From Acidobacteriota bacterium (GTDB lineage Bacteria; Acidobacteriota; UBA6911; RPQK01; JADFOI01): DNA of 64,000 bases. Location: contig OY760074.1 in NCBI GenBank assembly GCA_963663035.1, forward strand, positions 2,592,001 through 2,656,000, given 5' to 3'. The translations under genes were made by a program, and so were the position numbers. Shown here in pieces: positions 18,840 through 28,431 of this stretch. A model generated the notes under the pieces. The model was given only the letters and a program-made list of their open reading frames with translations. It did no database searches and was not told where the DNA came from. Every line of letters starts with the position of its first letter. Position 1 is the first letter of the stretch.

Positions 18840-20137
18840 GCCCACAGACTTCTCACTGGATGTCGCAAGACCGACTCTCTGTTTGGCATCCTTATACTCA
18901 GATGCTCACCGCGCCAGATGCCATCGGTGTGGAACGGGCCGAAGGCGTGTATCTCTACACCTGTGACGGGCACCGCATCCTGGATGGCATCTCTTCCTGG
19001 TGGGTCAACATTCTGGGTCATAATCATCCCCGTTTGAATCGAGCCTTACAGGAGCAGGCAGCCCGATTCGCTCAGGTGATCTTTGCCGGCTTCACTCACG
19101 AACCTGCCGTTCGTCTGGCTGGAGAACTGATCCAACGAACACCGGAAAATCTTACCCGTGTCTTCTTCTCCGACAATGGTTCCACGGCAGTGGAGGTTGC
19201 GCTCAAGATGGCCTATCAGTCTTGGAGGAACCGGGGAGACCTCACCAGGAATCTCTTTGTGGCCTTTGAGCACGCCTACCACGGAGACACCTTCGGGGCG
19301 ATGGCGGTTGGGGGCGTCGAGGTCTTTCACTCACAATTCAGCGATCTCTTTTTTGAAGTCCGGCGAGCTAAAGTTCAGTCTGGCAGTCAGCCTGGTACGG
19401 AATGTGGTGAGGACCTTGAACAGATCCTGGAGAAGGAAGGACAGCGCGTGGCAGCGGTGATCATGGAACCCATGGTGCAGGCGGCCGGCGGTATGATCAT
19501 CTGGCCCGTTGAGTTTTTGCGTCATGTGCGAGAGGTGACCAGGCGCCACGGCATCCCCTTGATTGCCGATGAAGTGTTCACGGGCTTCGGCCGAACCGGA
19601 AAGATGTTTGCCTGCCAGCACGGTCCCATCGAGCCCGACATCCTGTGTCTCTCCAAAGCCATAACGGGTGGCTATCTGCCTCTTGCAGCCACCCTGGCCA
19701 GTGAAGATATCTATCAGACGTTTTTGAGCGAGGACCGTCGAAAAACGTTTTTCCACGGCCATTCTTACACCGGCAATGCTCTGGCTTGCGCCGTGGCCCT
19801 GGAGAGTCTTGCCGTGCTGGAGGAAACAAAGAGCCTGGATCGGGTCATGGAGCTGGAGGGGCTCTTCAGGGAGCGGCTGGAGCAGCTGCAATCTCTGCCC
19901 GTGGTGGAGCAAGTTCGTGGGATAGGAGCACTGGGGGTACTGGAACTGAAGCCCCAGAGGCAAAGTGGTTATCTGGACGAGCGGGGCCCGAGAATGGCAC
20001 AGGCCTTCCTGGAACGGGGGGTTCTCCTGCGTCCCCTGGGAAACGTTCTCTATTTTCTTCCTCCCTATGTCATCACTGATGAGGAAGCACATGGGGTTTT
20101 CGATGTGATTGAGGAAGTGCTAAACGCTGACCACTGA
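18836..20137 (+). CDS. bioA: Adenosylmethionine-8-amino-7-oxononanoate aminotransferase
   Basis: WHPYTQ, SSWWVN, YHGDTFG, DEVFTGFGRTG and LSKAITGG. Confidence 0.96.
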   Translation: MSPQTSHWMSQDRLSVWHPYTQMLTAPDAIGVERAEGVYLYTCDGHRILDGISSWWVNILGHNHPRLNRALQEQAARFAQVIFAGFTHEPAVRLAGELIQRTPENLTRVFFSDNGSTAVEVALKMAYQSWRNRGDLTRNLFVAFEHAYHGDTFGAMAVGGVEVFHSQFSDLFFEVRRAKVQSGSQPGTECGEDLEQILEKEGQRVAAVIMEPMVQAAGGMIIWPVEFLRHVREVTRRHGIPLIADEVFTGFGRTGKMFACQHGPIEPDILCLSKAITGGYLPLAATLASEDIYQTFLSEDRRKTFFHGHSYTGNALACAVALESLAVLEETKSLDRVMELEGLFRERLEQLQSLPVVEQVRGIGALGVLELKPQRQSGYLDERGPRMAQAFLERGVLLRPLGNVLYFLPPYVITDEEAHGVFDVIEEVLNADH

Positions 20138-20182
20138 CCACTGACCGAAACCCTGACAACTGACAACTGACAACTGACAAGA
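20127..20182. repeat. Heptamer array CTGAC(C/A)A x7 with an AAACC interruption
   Basis: Read directly; contains the bioA TGA stop. Confidence 0.9.
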
Positions 20183-20253
20183 AGAGTCCTCTCTACGGGA
20201 AAATACAGATCTCCGCAAGAGTATAAAGCTCGCCCTTGACAAGCCTGGGAACG

Positions 20254-20312
20254 GTGCCCTTCCTCAGCTTAATGAAATTGATTTTCAATTTCATTAAGCT
20301 GAGGAAGGGCAC
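20254..20312. promoter_or_regulatory. Perfect 28-bp-arm inverted repeat containing a Fur-like box and the RBS
   Basis: GTGCCCTTCCTCAGCTTAATGAAATTGA-TTT-TCAATTTCATTAAGCTGAGGAAGGGCAC ends at the base before ATG 20313; contains TGAAATT-G-ATTTTCA (7-1-7 Fur-like). Confidence 0.8.
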
Positions 20313-22805
20313 ATGAAACCTGTGGAGGGCAGATGGGGTCTTTTCATCTTCTTTTTCCTGGCTCTTTCAGCAGTGGTGCTGCCGGCCCAACCCTCGGCCT
20401 CGGATGGCAGCGGTTCCCTTTCAGGGCGTATCGTTGACTCGAGAGGCGGAGTCATCCATCAAGTCACGGTTACATTGAGAGACCAGGAGACGGGCTTTGA
20501 GAGAAGCCTGAACACGGACCTTCTGGGCACTTTTCGATTTGAAACCTTACCCCCTGCTCTCTATTATCTGAGCACGGAAAAAGAGAACTTCCAGAGTGCC
20601 GTCCAAGAGATTTTCTTATCTCCTGACCAGAACCATGAGATTGATCTCACCCTTCAGATAGATTCAGAGCTGATCATTCATGAGCGGGTGATGGTGATCG
20701 GGGACGCCTCCCTGGTCAGTGAAATTCCCGGCTCCGCCCATTTAATTGCCCAGGAGACGTTAGAGAGGCAGAAACTGGCTTTCGACGACATTCATCAGAT
20801 CCTGCGACAAGTTCCCGGCGTCAATACTCAGGAAGAGGACGGCTATGGTCTGCGTCCCAATATCGGCATGCGGGGCACAGGCGCTGAGCGAAGCTCTAAA
20901 ATCACCCTCATGGAGGACGGGGTTCTCATTGCGCCCGCACCCTATGCCGCGCCTGCAGCCTACTACTTCCCTATCACGGGACGCATGGAAGCCATTGAAG
21001 TGCGCAAGGGTTCCAGTCAGATCAAGTATGGCCCCAGAACCAATGGTGGCACTCTCAATCTGATCTCCACCAGCATACCCCAGGACTTCAACTTGAGCGG
21101 TAATGTGGCCCTGGGGGTCGACAACACCCAAAAGCTTCATCTCAATCTGGGTGACTCCTACAAGCATTTCGCCTGGGTGGCAGAAACCTACCAGATTGTC
21201 ACCGACGGCTTTAAAAAGCTTGATGGGGGCGGCCATACGGGTTTTGACTTGGACGATTACCTGGCCAAATTCCGCTTCCAAAGCGACGGCAGCACCGGTA
21301 TCTATCAAGAACTGGAGATCAAGCTGGGCAAGACCCAACAACTCTCGGATGAGACCTATCTGGGCTTGACCGATGTCGATTTCGCAGAGAACCCCTTCCG
21401 GCGTTATCGCGGATCACAGCAAGACGTGTTTCGGTCAGACCACGAGCAGTACCAGGCCCGCTATTTTATTGTGCCAACCAGAAACGTGGATGTCACGACG
21501 GTCATATACCGGAACAACTTCCATCGCAACTGGTACAAACTGCAAAGCGTATCGGGAACGAGTATCAGCGAAATCCTCAATGACCCTGAGAGTTATGCGG
21601 CTCCATTAGCCATCGTTCAGGGTGCAAATAGCGATGCTGATGCACTGGCCGTGCGGGCCAACAACCGCGACTACTTTTCACAGGGAATTCAGACCGTCCT
21701 GGGGCTAGAACTTGACAGGGGTGAGACTCGAAACAGTTTTGAGCTTGGCTTTCGCTATCACAAGGATCAGGAAGACCGTTTTCAACATGAGGATGGGTTT
21801 CAAATGGTGAACGGCTCGATGGTCCTCACCTCTCAGGGAGCACCAGCCAGTCAAGCCAATCGCATCGGCGACGCCACAGCCTGGGCTCTCTTCATCCAAG
21901 ACAAAATTGAGCGAGGCAGATGGACTCTGAGTCCGGGTTTCAGATACGAAAACATCGATCTCCTGAGGACAGATTTTTCCACAGCTGATCCAGAGCGACT
22001 CACCCCCACCAGGAGTCGCAAAAATGGCGTTGAAGTCTTTATTCCCGGCCTCGGCGTCAAGTTCGACGTCACTCCAACCTTCGGCCTCTTCGGGGGACTC
22101 CATAAGGGCTTCTCCCCACCAGGTCCCGGTTCGAACGAAGATACGAAGGCAGAGGAAAGCCTCAACTATGAATTCGGGTTCCGTTTACACAGCCAACCTG
22201 TGAGCCTAGAGGTAGCTGGTTTCATCAACGATTATGCTAACTTGCTGGGTGCCGATACGTTGTCTGCCGGAGGCAGAGGAGAGGGTGCTCTCTTCAATGG
22301 TGGCGACGTCCAGGTCGCGGGACTGGAAGCATCCGGGTCCTTTGATCCGGGTCAGACTTTTCATTCGAGCTTCCGCTTTCCTGTGAGCTTCGCCTACACC
22401 TTCACCGAAGCGGAATTCAAGAATAGCTTTGAGTCTCAATTCGAACCCTGGGGCAATGTTGTGGCTGGAGATCAGATCCCCAATCTGCCCAGACACCAGC
22501 TTCAGGCAAGCTTTGGTTTGGAGAAGGCCCGCTGGCGCCTGAGTCTGGAGAGTCAGGCCGTCAGCCAGAAGCGCACCAAGGCCGGCCAGGGTCCGATTCC
22601 TGGGTTAGAAGCCACCGATGCCTATCTCGTTTTCAACCTTTCCGGTGAGTACGACTTGAATGCCGAGGAAAAGGGAGCCTCTCTCTTTCTCTCCGTTCGC
22701 AACCTGACGGACCAAGCCTACATCGTGGCACGGCGTCCCGCCGGTGCCCGTCCTGGGTTGCCGCGCACGGTGATGGGCGGCATCAGGTTCAAACTGGGAC
22801 GCTGA
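20313..22805 (+). CDS. TonB-dependent iron receptor, FecA-like
   Basis: EEDGYGLRPNIGMRG, RSSKITLMEDG, APYAAPAAYYFP and ARRPAGARPGLPR motifs; Fur-like box upstream. Confidence 0.9.
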   Translation: MKPVEGRWGLFIFFFLALSAVVLPAQPSASDGSGSLSGRIVDSRGGVIHQVTVTLRDQETGFERSLNTDLLGTFRFETLPPALYYLSTEKENFQSAVQEIFLSPDQNHEIDLTLQIDSELIIHERVMVIGDASLVSEIPGSAHLIAQETLERQKLAFDDIHQILRQVPGVNTQEEDGYGLRPNIGMRGTGAERSSKITLMEDGVLIAPAPYAAPAAYYFPITGRMEAIEVRKGSSQIKYGPRTNGGTLNLISTSIPQDFNLSGNVALGVDNTQKLHLNLGDSYKHFAWVAETYQIVTDGFKKLDGGGHTGFDLDDYLAKFRFQSDGSTGIYQELEIKLGKTQQLSDETYLGLTDVDFAENPFRRYRGSQQDVFRSDHEQYQARYFIVPTRNVDVTTVIYRNNFHRNWYKLQSVSGTSISEILNDPESYAAPLAIVQGANSDADALAVRANNRDYFSQGIQTVLGLELDRGETRNSFELGFRYHKDQEDRFQHEDGFQMVNGSMVLTSQGAPASQANRIGDATAWALFIQDKIERGRWTLSPGFRYENIDLLRTDFSTADPERLTPTRSRKNGVEVFIPGLGVKFDVTPTFGLFGGLHKGFSPPGPGSNEDTKAEESLNYEFGFRLHSQPVSLEVAGFINDYANLLGADTLSAGGRGEGALFNGGDVQVAGLEASGSFDPGQTFHSSFRFPVSFAYTFTEAEFKNSFESQFEPWGNVVAGDQIPNLPRHQLQASFGLEKARWRLSLESQAVSQKRTKAGQGPIPGLEATDAYLVFNLSGEYDLNAEEKGASLFLSVRNLTDQAYIVARRPAGARPGLPRTVMGGIRFKLGR

Positions 22806-22835
22806 CAAAACCCTGACAGCTGACCACTGACAAGA
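22802..22835. repeat. Second CTGACNN heptamer array with AACC interruption
   Basis: Same unit, interruption and CTGACAAGA end as 20127-20182; contains the TGA stop of the FecA-like gene. Confidence 0.85.
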
Positions 22836-22840
22836 TTAGG

Positions 22841-22885
22841 AGTCGGAGCCGCAGGCTTCGGGCGCGCCCGTTTAGCCTGCGGGCC
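22841..22885. repeat. REP-like hairpin with a 12-bp palindrome in its loop
   Basis: GGAG-CCGCAGGCT-t-CGGGCGCGCCCG-ttt-AGCCTGCGG. Confidence 0.7.
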
Positions 22886-22902
22886 TCTCGCGCCCCTACT
22901 AG

Positions 22903-23098
22903 CCCGCATTTCTCACACTAGGTCGTCGCGAAGCGGTGGAAGGGCCGGAAAACAGAGCCGTGGGCTTTGGCCCACGGGCCCGCAGGCTAAAGCCTGCGGG
23001 CCCGACTGACGCGCGAGGGGTACCCGCTTGCGGGTCGCGCAACACAGTCAGGTCGGATCATTGCGCCGATGCAGCAGACCGAGTGTGAGAAGTGCGGG
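22903..23098 (+). mobile_element. MITE copy A (196 bp), variant terminal IRs
   Basis: TIR CCCGCATTTCTCACACT / AGTGTGAGAAGTGCGGG; CTAG and CTAT flanks; interior homologous to copies B-E. Confidence 0.8.
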
Positions 23099-23734
23099 CT
23101 ATTCAGCGTTTATCCAGCCGGAGAACTCCAGCAGGTGTTCCTCCAGGGGCACCTTCAGCCCGCTGTGAATGGTATTGTACAATTTCCAGAATCCAACCAG
23201 GGCCGACAATTCCACAATCTGTGCAGGTGAGAGGAGCCGCTTGACGCGCTCGTAAACCTCATCCGGGATGGAGGTGGGATCCAGGGTCATGGCATCGGCG
23301 AAATCAAAGCAAGCTTTCTCGAACTCGTCTTGTCCACTCTGCTCATCGACCAGCAGGGAGTGAACATCCTCATCACTCAGACTCCACCCCTCGTTCTTCA
23401 TTTTGTTGTCTCCCTTCCGGCGCTGCAGGATGCCGCAGTGGTGACTCACACAATAGGTGGAGTTATTGAGTTTGCCCAGCCGTGTGGCAATCCGGCGTTT
23501 GAGACCTTGCGCCAGCGTGGAAGAGCCATCGCGCATGATGGCACTATTGAGATCCCACAGTGGTGCCGCAATCTGGGGACGATGGGCATACAGCTTGTTG
23601 CAGTTGGGAAGAAACCCCATGCGCTGAGAATAGCTTTGGGAACGCTTTTTCAACATGGGATCGAAGTCCTCCAGATCGACGTAGGGGATGACGGGCTCTT
23701 CTTCTCGGTGAACTTTGGGGGCCGGTTTGCTCAT
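23099..23734 (-). CDS. AhpD/carboxymuconolactone decarboxylase-family protein
   Basis: GFLPN..AHRP, NNSTYCVSHH (first Cys of CxxC is Ser) and QIVELSALVGFW..YN. Confidence 0.8.
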   Translation of the reverse strand: MSKPAPKVHREEEPVIPYVDLEDFDPMLKKRSQSYSQRMGFLPNCNKLYAHRPQIAAPLWDLNSAIMRDGSSTLAQGLKRRIATRLGKLNNSTYCVSHHCGILQRRKGDNKMKNEGWSLSDEDVHSLLVDEQSGQDEFEKACFDFADAMTLDPTSIPDEVYERVKRLLSPAQIVELSALVGFWKLYNTIHSGLKVPLEEHLLEFSGWINAE

Positions 23735-23748
23735 TTTTTCTCCTTCAT

Positions 23749-25191
23749 TCAGTTTTGAACCTCCAAAAGGCCTGTGGGAATAACCCCGTCAGGCGCCTCG
23801 AATGGGAGGCCCAGAAGTTCGGCAATCAGTGGGGCAATGTCTTCGAGTCCCATGCTGGGTACGACAGCCTGGGAGCGAAAGCCTGCTCCCCAGCCAACAA
23901 ATCCGGTGTGGATCTGGTGAAAATCGGGGTAATGTCCATGGGTTCCACCCGTCGCCGCTCTTATGGCGGGCCCTCTCGGTGAGGTAATGAAAGCGACGCC
24001 GGGAACAGCCGACAGGGACAAGGGCACGGTGGGATCGGAACCGATGCGATCACGCTCCTCTGGCTCAATGATCCGAAACAGACTCTGCACGTCGCCGGGC
24101 AACCCGGCCAATAGAGCGCGCACCTCGGAGACCGCTTCTCGATCTTCAGGATCGGCCAGGTGCAAAAAGACTGAGCCGCCATTCCTATGGAAAGTCGCTC
24201 GCCAATCCCCACGATCGCGCCGCGCCTCCATCAATCCCCCCTCAACCAGCCAGACATTGGGAGCCACCTCAGTATTGACGTCGACAAATCCATGATCGCC
24301 CATCACGATAAAAGCAGTACGGCCGTCGATGCCGGCTCGTTCGGCCGCTTCGACTATGTGGCTGACCGCTCGGTCGGCCGCGGCGACCGCCCGCTGGACA
24401 CTCGGACCTTGGCGTCCCGATTGATGCTGGTAATGGTCCACCGCAATCAGGTGAACGGTTAACAGGGCAGGACGATAGCGTTCCAACAAATGGCCGGCAA
24501 TGACACCAGTCCGATCTTCCCGAATCAGGCGATCCGCGAAGTCTGAGGCCGTCAGAGTTCCCGTCGCTTCCTGCTCAATCTCCGGAAAGAGATCAGCAGG
24601 CCTGCTCGCCGACCGGATCGCGGTCATAAGATCAACATCCTGTTCAACAGACCAAACTTCCGGAATATTCCAATCGATGGGGGCATCGACGCTGACAGGC
24701 CATCCGATACTGGCGCTTTTCAGGCCTGCCTGCCGCACCGCATCCCAGAGGGTGGGCACGCGGATGGCCGATTCGTACCAATGATACCGCCCGCTTTGCC
24801 CTTTGGGTTCAAAAGGGGTGTTGTAATAAATGCCATGCCGGCTGGGGAATGCACCGGTCACAATCGTCGTATGGGAGGGATAAGTCTCGGAAGGAAACAC
24901 TCCCCGAACTGCCGTTGCGTAAGCTCCCTCGCGAGCCATCTGCTGGATCATTGGGGCAGGCCAAGTCGTGTCCAGATAGAGTTCCGGTCGAAACCCGTCG
25001 ATCGAAATGAGAACAACATGATCTGGATAAACTTGATTCTGAGCGCCCGAACAGGCCAGTACGAGGACCAGAACCAGGACAACCACTGCAGTCCAAAGCA
25101 TCGAGACCCTGTTGTGAGAATGTGCGAGTCGCATGAGCATCCTAGCCAAAGTCTTCTGTTCCATCCGCCCGCGGTGGCACGAAGGTAGCAC
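23749..25191 (-). CDS. Alkaline phosphatase superfamily, nucleotide pyrophosphatase/phosphodiesterase (possible lipoprotein)
   Basis: VVLISIDGFR, PSETYPSHTT, DHYQH, GDHG and GTHGH; true start probably downstream of 25191. Confidence 0.88.
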   Translation of the reverse strand: MLPSCHRGRMEQKTLARMLMRLAHSHNRVSMLWTAVVVLVLVLVLACSGAQNQVYPDHVVLISIDGFRPELYLDTTWPAPMIQQMAREGAYATAVRGVFPSETYPSHTTIVTGAFPSRHGIYYNTPFEPKGQSGRYHWYESAIRVPTLWDAVRQAGLKSASIGWPVSVDAPIDWNIPEVWSVEQDVDLMTAIRSASRPADLFPEIEQEATGTLTASDFADRLIREDRTGVIAGHLLERYRPALLTVHLIAVDHYQHQSGRQGPSVQRAVAAADRAVSHIVEAAERAGIDGRTAFIVMGDHGFVDVNTEVAPNVWLVEGGLMEARRDRGDWRATFHRNGGSVFLHLADPEDREAVSEVRALLAGLPGDVQSLFRIIEPEERDRIGSDPTVPLSLSAVPGVAFITSPRGPAIRAATGGTHGHYPDFHQIHTGFVGWGAGFRSQAVVPSMGLEDIAPLIAELLGLPFEAPDGVIPTGLLEVQN

Positions 25192-25328
25192 ACCCGGTAG
25201 TTGGTGTACAGGTACGAGAGTTCGGGGACAGGTCCCGAACTTTCCTAAGAATTCGCTTGTCGTCTTCTCAGGTTCTCTGCAATAATGGCGCGGAATTGCT
25301 TGCCCCTACAAATTAACAGGAGCTTTGG

Positions 25329-26465
25329 GTGATCGAACCGTACACCGCTTTATGCATCCAGAACACCAACTTCTGTGTGCGTAATAAGAAAGATCTTCAG
25401 AAGAATCTGGACCTCATCTGTGAGGTCATCGACCACTCTCACTACACCAGGATAGAGTACCCCGTCAGATTAATTACCATCCCTGAAGCGGGCATTCAAT
25501 CGTTCGTCGATTCCCAGATGGACTGGGAGCACAAAGAAGTTGCCAAGGGCCTGTTCAATACGACAGTTCCTGGACCTGAAACCGACGTCCTGGCTGCTAA
25601 AGCGAAGGAGCGAGGAGCCTACATCTGCGGTCAATTGAGGGCTCTTGAACCCGAGATAAGCGACGATCTTTACTTCAACATCGGCTTTGTCATTGATCCA
25701 AAGGGCGAGGTCATCTTAAAGCACCACAAGCTTCAAGTCTTCGCTCCGGAACGTTCATGTGTCCCCCACGATATCTGGGATAAGTGGGTCGAGAAGTATG
25801 GAACCGGTCTGGACGCTTTTTATCCGGTGGCTCGCACCGAGATCGGGAACATCGGCGTAAATATCTGTATGGAAACCAGCTACCCGGAGACATCGCGGGG
25901 TCTGGCCGTTAACGGGGCCGAAATCATTTACGCTCCCACCTACATTGAGCCTTACTACAGTCGAGGCTGGCACGAACTGCAGCTGCGGGCTCGTGGCCTG
26001 GACAATAGTTGTTATGTGGTGGCGCCCAACAGCGGCGATTGGTACATGACCCCTGAATCCAAGGTTCCTACGGCCATCCATGGCGGTAACAGTTTGATCA
26101 TTGACTACCAGGGACAGGTCCTCACCCGGACCACCACTCACGGGACAAGCTATTGCAGTGCAATTATTGATGTTGAGGCCCTCAGGTATTGGCGGGAAAC
26201 CACCATGTTCGGGAGTTGGCTGAAGGATCTTCGCACGGAGCAGTACAAGATCATTTATGAAGAGCCTATCTTCCCAAAGAATCTCTGGCTGGACCCACCG
26301 CCGGGTTACGGCAAGACGGCTGGCCGCATGGCTGTGCTGCGCGAAAGCGTCGAGACACTGCTCAAAAGGGGCACTTACGTTCCCAGCCTCTATGCAGAAC
26401 TGAAGAAGGAGAAAGAAAAGAAAGCAACAGAGACAGTCGGGGCTGGCAAAACTGACTCCCAGTAG
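25329..26465 (+). CDS. Carbon-nitrogen hydrolase (nitrilase/amidase family)
   Basis: Glu-Lys-Cys triad motifs IPE, HHKLQ and ICME; GAEII. Confidence 0.88.
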   Translation: MIEPYTALCIQNTNFCVRNKKDLQKNLDLICEVIDHSHYTRIEYPVRLITIPEAGIQSFVDSQMDWEHKEVAKGLFNTTVPGPETDVLAAKAKERGAYICGQLRALEPEISDDLYFNIGFVIDPKGEVILKHHKLQVFAPERSCVPHDIWDKWVEKYGTGLDAFYPVARTEIGNIGVNICMETSYPETSRGLAVNGAEIIYAPTYIEPYYSRGWHELQLRARGLDNSCYVVAPNSGDWYMTPESKVPTAIHGGNSLIIDYQGQVLTRTTTHGTSYCSAIIDVEALRYWRETTMFGSWLKDLRTEQYKIIYEEPIFPKNLWLDPPPGYGKTAGRMAVLRESVETLLKRGTYVPSLYAELKKEKEKKATETVGAGKTDSQ

Positions 26466-26506
26466 CCTTCCCCCAGCTGTTAATGAAGAGGAGGTAACTG
26501 ACTATT

Positions 26507-26833
26507 ATGGCATGGAACGAAGACTGGCTCAAAGCGAATCGACCACCCGCATCTGAGCACCCCAAGAAATACACCCTCTGGCCGCGGGGGCCAGCCCGAG
26601 TGGTCCTCTCTTATTTCATCATCATTATCCTTCTGGATTTCTTTGTTTTGACGATCTTTGGCGGGCAACCCACTGTCATTGGCGGCTTTCCCCTGCTGAT
26701 CTGGATCACGGTAATTTTTTCTTTACTGACGATTGCTGGGATACTCGGATTCAGTTCCCAGAAAGAGGATCAAGGCACACCACCTGTGGAAACTCCACAG
26801 ATTGAAGACGATGAGTCAAGGAGCGACCAATGA
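26507..26833 (+). CDS. Small 2-TM protein, probable symporter accessory subunit
   Basis: Two hydrophobic segments around P..IGGFPL; ATGA-coupled to the SSS gene; GAGGAGG RBS. Confidence 0.65.
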   Translation: MAWNEDWLKANRPPASEHPKKYTLWPRGPARVVLSYFIIIILLDFFVLTIFGGQPTVIGGFPLLIWITVIFSLLTIAGILGFSSQKEDQGTPPVETPQIEDDESRSDQ

Positions 26834-28353
26834 GACTATTTCCTCCTGAGATTAGCGAACTTGTTCAGTCCAACTACGCGCTGATTCTCGCGACTCTGGC
26901 TGGATACTTTATCATTTTTTGTGTGATTTCCTGGGCGGCCAAGCGAAGACTGGCCAAAGATGTAGGCGACTACGTGGTGGCCTCCCGGAATCTGGGATGG
27001 GTGATTGTAACCTTCACCATGTATGCATCAGTTTTAAGTGGGGTGGGAATGGCCGGAATTCCCGGCACCATCTACATAGTTGGTGCACCGTTTGTGGTGG
27101 CGGCGCTAACAGGAATTACGGTCTCAACAGCCCTCCTGTGGTACCTCGGCCCCCGCATCTGGGTACTGGGAAAGGAATATAACTACACCACTCCGGGTGA
27201 TCTTCTGGGAGAATATTACCAAAGCGATCTGGTTCGACTTTACACGGTCATCGCCAGCGTGCTTTACAACATCGCCTATATTGTGGCCCAGCTTCTGGCG
27301 GGAGGGATCCTGCTGAATGTCCTTTCCGGGAATTTCATTTCCTTCTCAGTGGGGATCTGGATTATCACCATTGTGGTGATCATTCATGTGGCTCTGGCAG
27401 GCTTGCGCGGTATTGCCTGGTTAGATTTTTTCAATGGCATGTTGATTGTCGTTTTGCTCGTTCTATTCGGCGTGGGCATCATGATTGCTGCCGGGGGACC
27501 TGGCGGCGTGCTGGCCGGGCTGGGTGAGATACGAAACAGGTTCATCAGCATGCCCGGGATGGTTGGTATTTTTACTTCTACCCGCATCTACGGTATCGCC
27601 ATTGGTCTCAGTATCGGAGCAATCGTACTCTCTCCATCAGCCTGGATCCGCATGTACTCAGCCCGCAGTAAATCACACTTTGCCAAGATCGGCGTGTTGA
27701 TGCTGGTGCTGTGGATCATTTCACACGTGTTTGGGACTTTCCTCATCGGTGCTTACGGTAAAGTGCTGTACCCCACCGTGGAAAACCCAGACTTCGTCTC
27801 TTCACTCCTGGCCTTCGGGGTTCTGCCCATCTTTCTTGCGACTCTGTTCTTGATTGCAGTTCTGGCCGCCATCATTTCCACCACCGATACCTATATTCAT
27901 ACTCTGACGGCCACTGTCGTTCGAGATTTTATCAAGGCTCTTTTTGTGCCAAAGATGGAAGATGCTCAAGAGTTTAAACTCAATCGTGTCATCACCATTG
28001 GGGCGGCGGCCGTTTGTGTTTTGCTGGCCTTATCGAATCCTGTTCTCATCACCCCTCTGGCCATCTTTGCAGGTGGGATTACGGTGCAGCTTCTCCCTCC
28101 GCTGTTGGGCGCCGTGACATGGTCCCGTGCCTCTACCGAAGCGGCCATCATCGCTCCTGCCGTCGGCATGGCACTGACCTTGGGATGGGAGCTGGGCTTT
28201 ATCCCGAATCCGGTTGGGCCTGCTGTACTGCCCGGGCTGGCGACTGCATTTTTCATCAATGTCTTCCTTTTTATTGTGATCTCGCTGCTCACCAAACCTC
28301 AATCCCCTGACATCGTTGAAAAGTTCCACGGATTGCTGGCTAGAGAACTGTAA
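26830..28353 (+). CDS. Sodium:solute symporter family protein
   Basis: DYVVASRNLG, YTTPGDLLGEYYQS and LAAIISTTD. Confidence 0.92.
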   Translation: MRLFPPEISELVQSNYALILATLAGYFIIFCVISWAAKRRLAKDVGDYVVASRNLGWVIVTFTMYASVLSGVGMAGIPGTIYIVGAPFVVAALTGITVSTALLWYLGPRIWVLGKEYNYTTPGDLLGEYYQSDLVRLYTVIASVLYNIAYIVAQLLAGGILLNVLSGNFISFSVGIWIITIVVIIHVALAGLRGIAWLDFFNGMLIVVLLVLFGVGIMIAAGGPGGVLAGLGEIRNRFISMPGMVGIFTSTRIYGIAIGLSIGAIVLSPSAWIRMYSARSKSHFAKIGVLMLVLWIISHVFGTFLIGAYGKVLYPTVENPDFVSSLLAFGVLPIFLATLFLIAVLAAIISTTDTYIHTLTATVVRDFIKALFVPKMEDAQEFKLNRVITIGAAAVCVLLALSNPVLITPLAIFAGGITVQLLPPLLGAVTWSRASTEAAIIAPAVGMALTLGWELGFIPNPVGPAVLPGLATAFFINVFLFIVISLLTKPQSPDIVEKFHGLLAREL

Positions 28354-28360
28354 CGAGGTA

Positions 28361-28390
28361 TGTAGGGGCGCACAGACGTGCGCCCCTACA
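28361..28390. repeat. GTAG-type REP palindrome between convergent genes
   Basis: TGTAGGGGCGCAC-AGAC-GTGCGCCCCTACA. Confidence 0.75.
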
Positions 28391-28431
28391 CTAAGAAACC
28401 TGGGTCAGCCGTCTCCTCTTGAGACTTACCC

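Noticed and set aside
20127-20182. CRISPR array from the short tandem repeats or dispersed palindromes
   Set aside because: Units are 7-8 bp without unique spacers; longer repeats are dispersed; no cas genes.
23440-23475. Selenocysteine or recoding at the missing first Cys of the AhpD-like CxxC
   Set aside because: The codon is TCC (Ser), not TGA.
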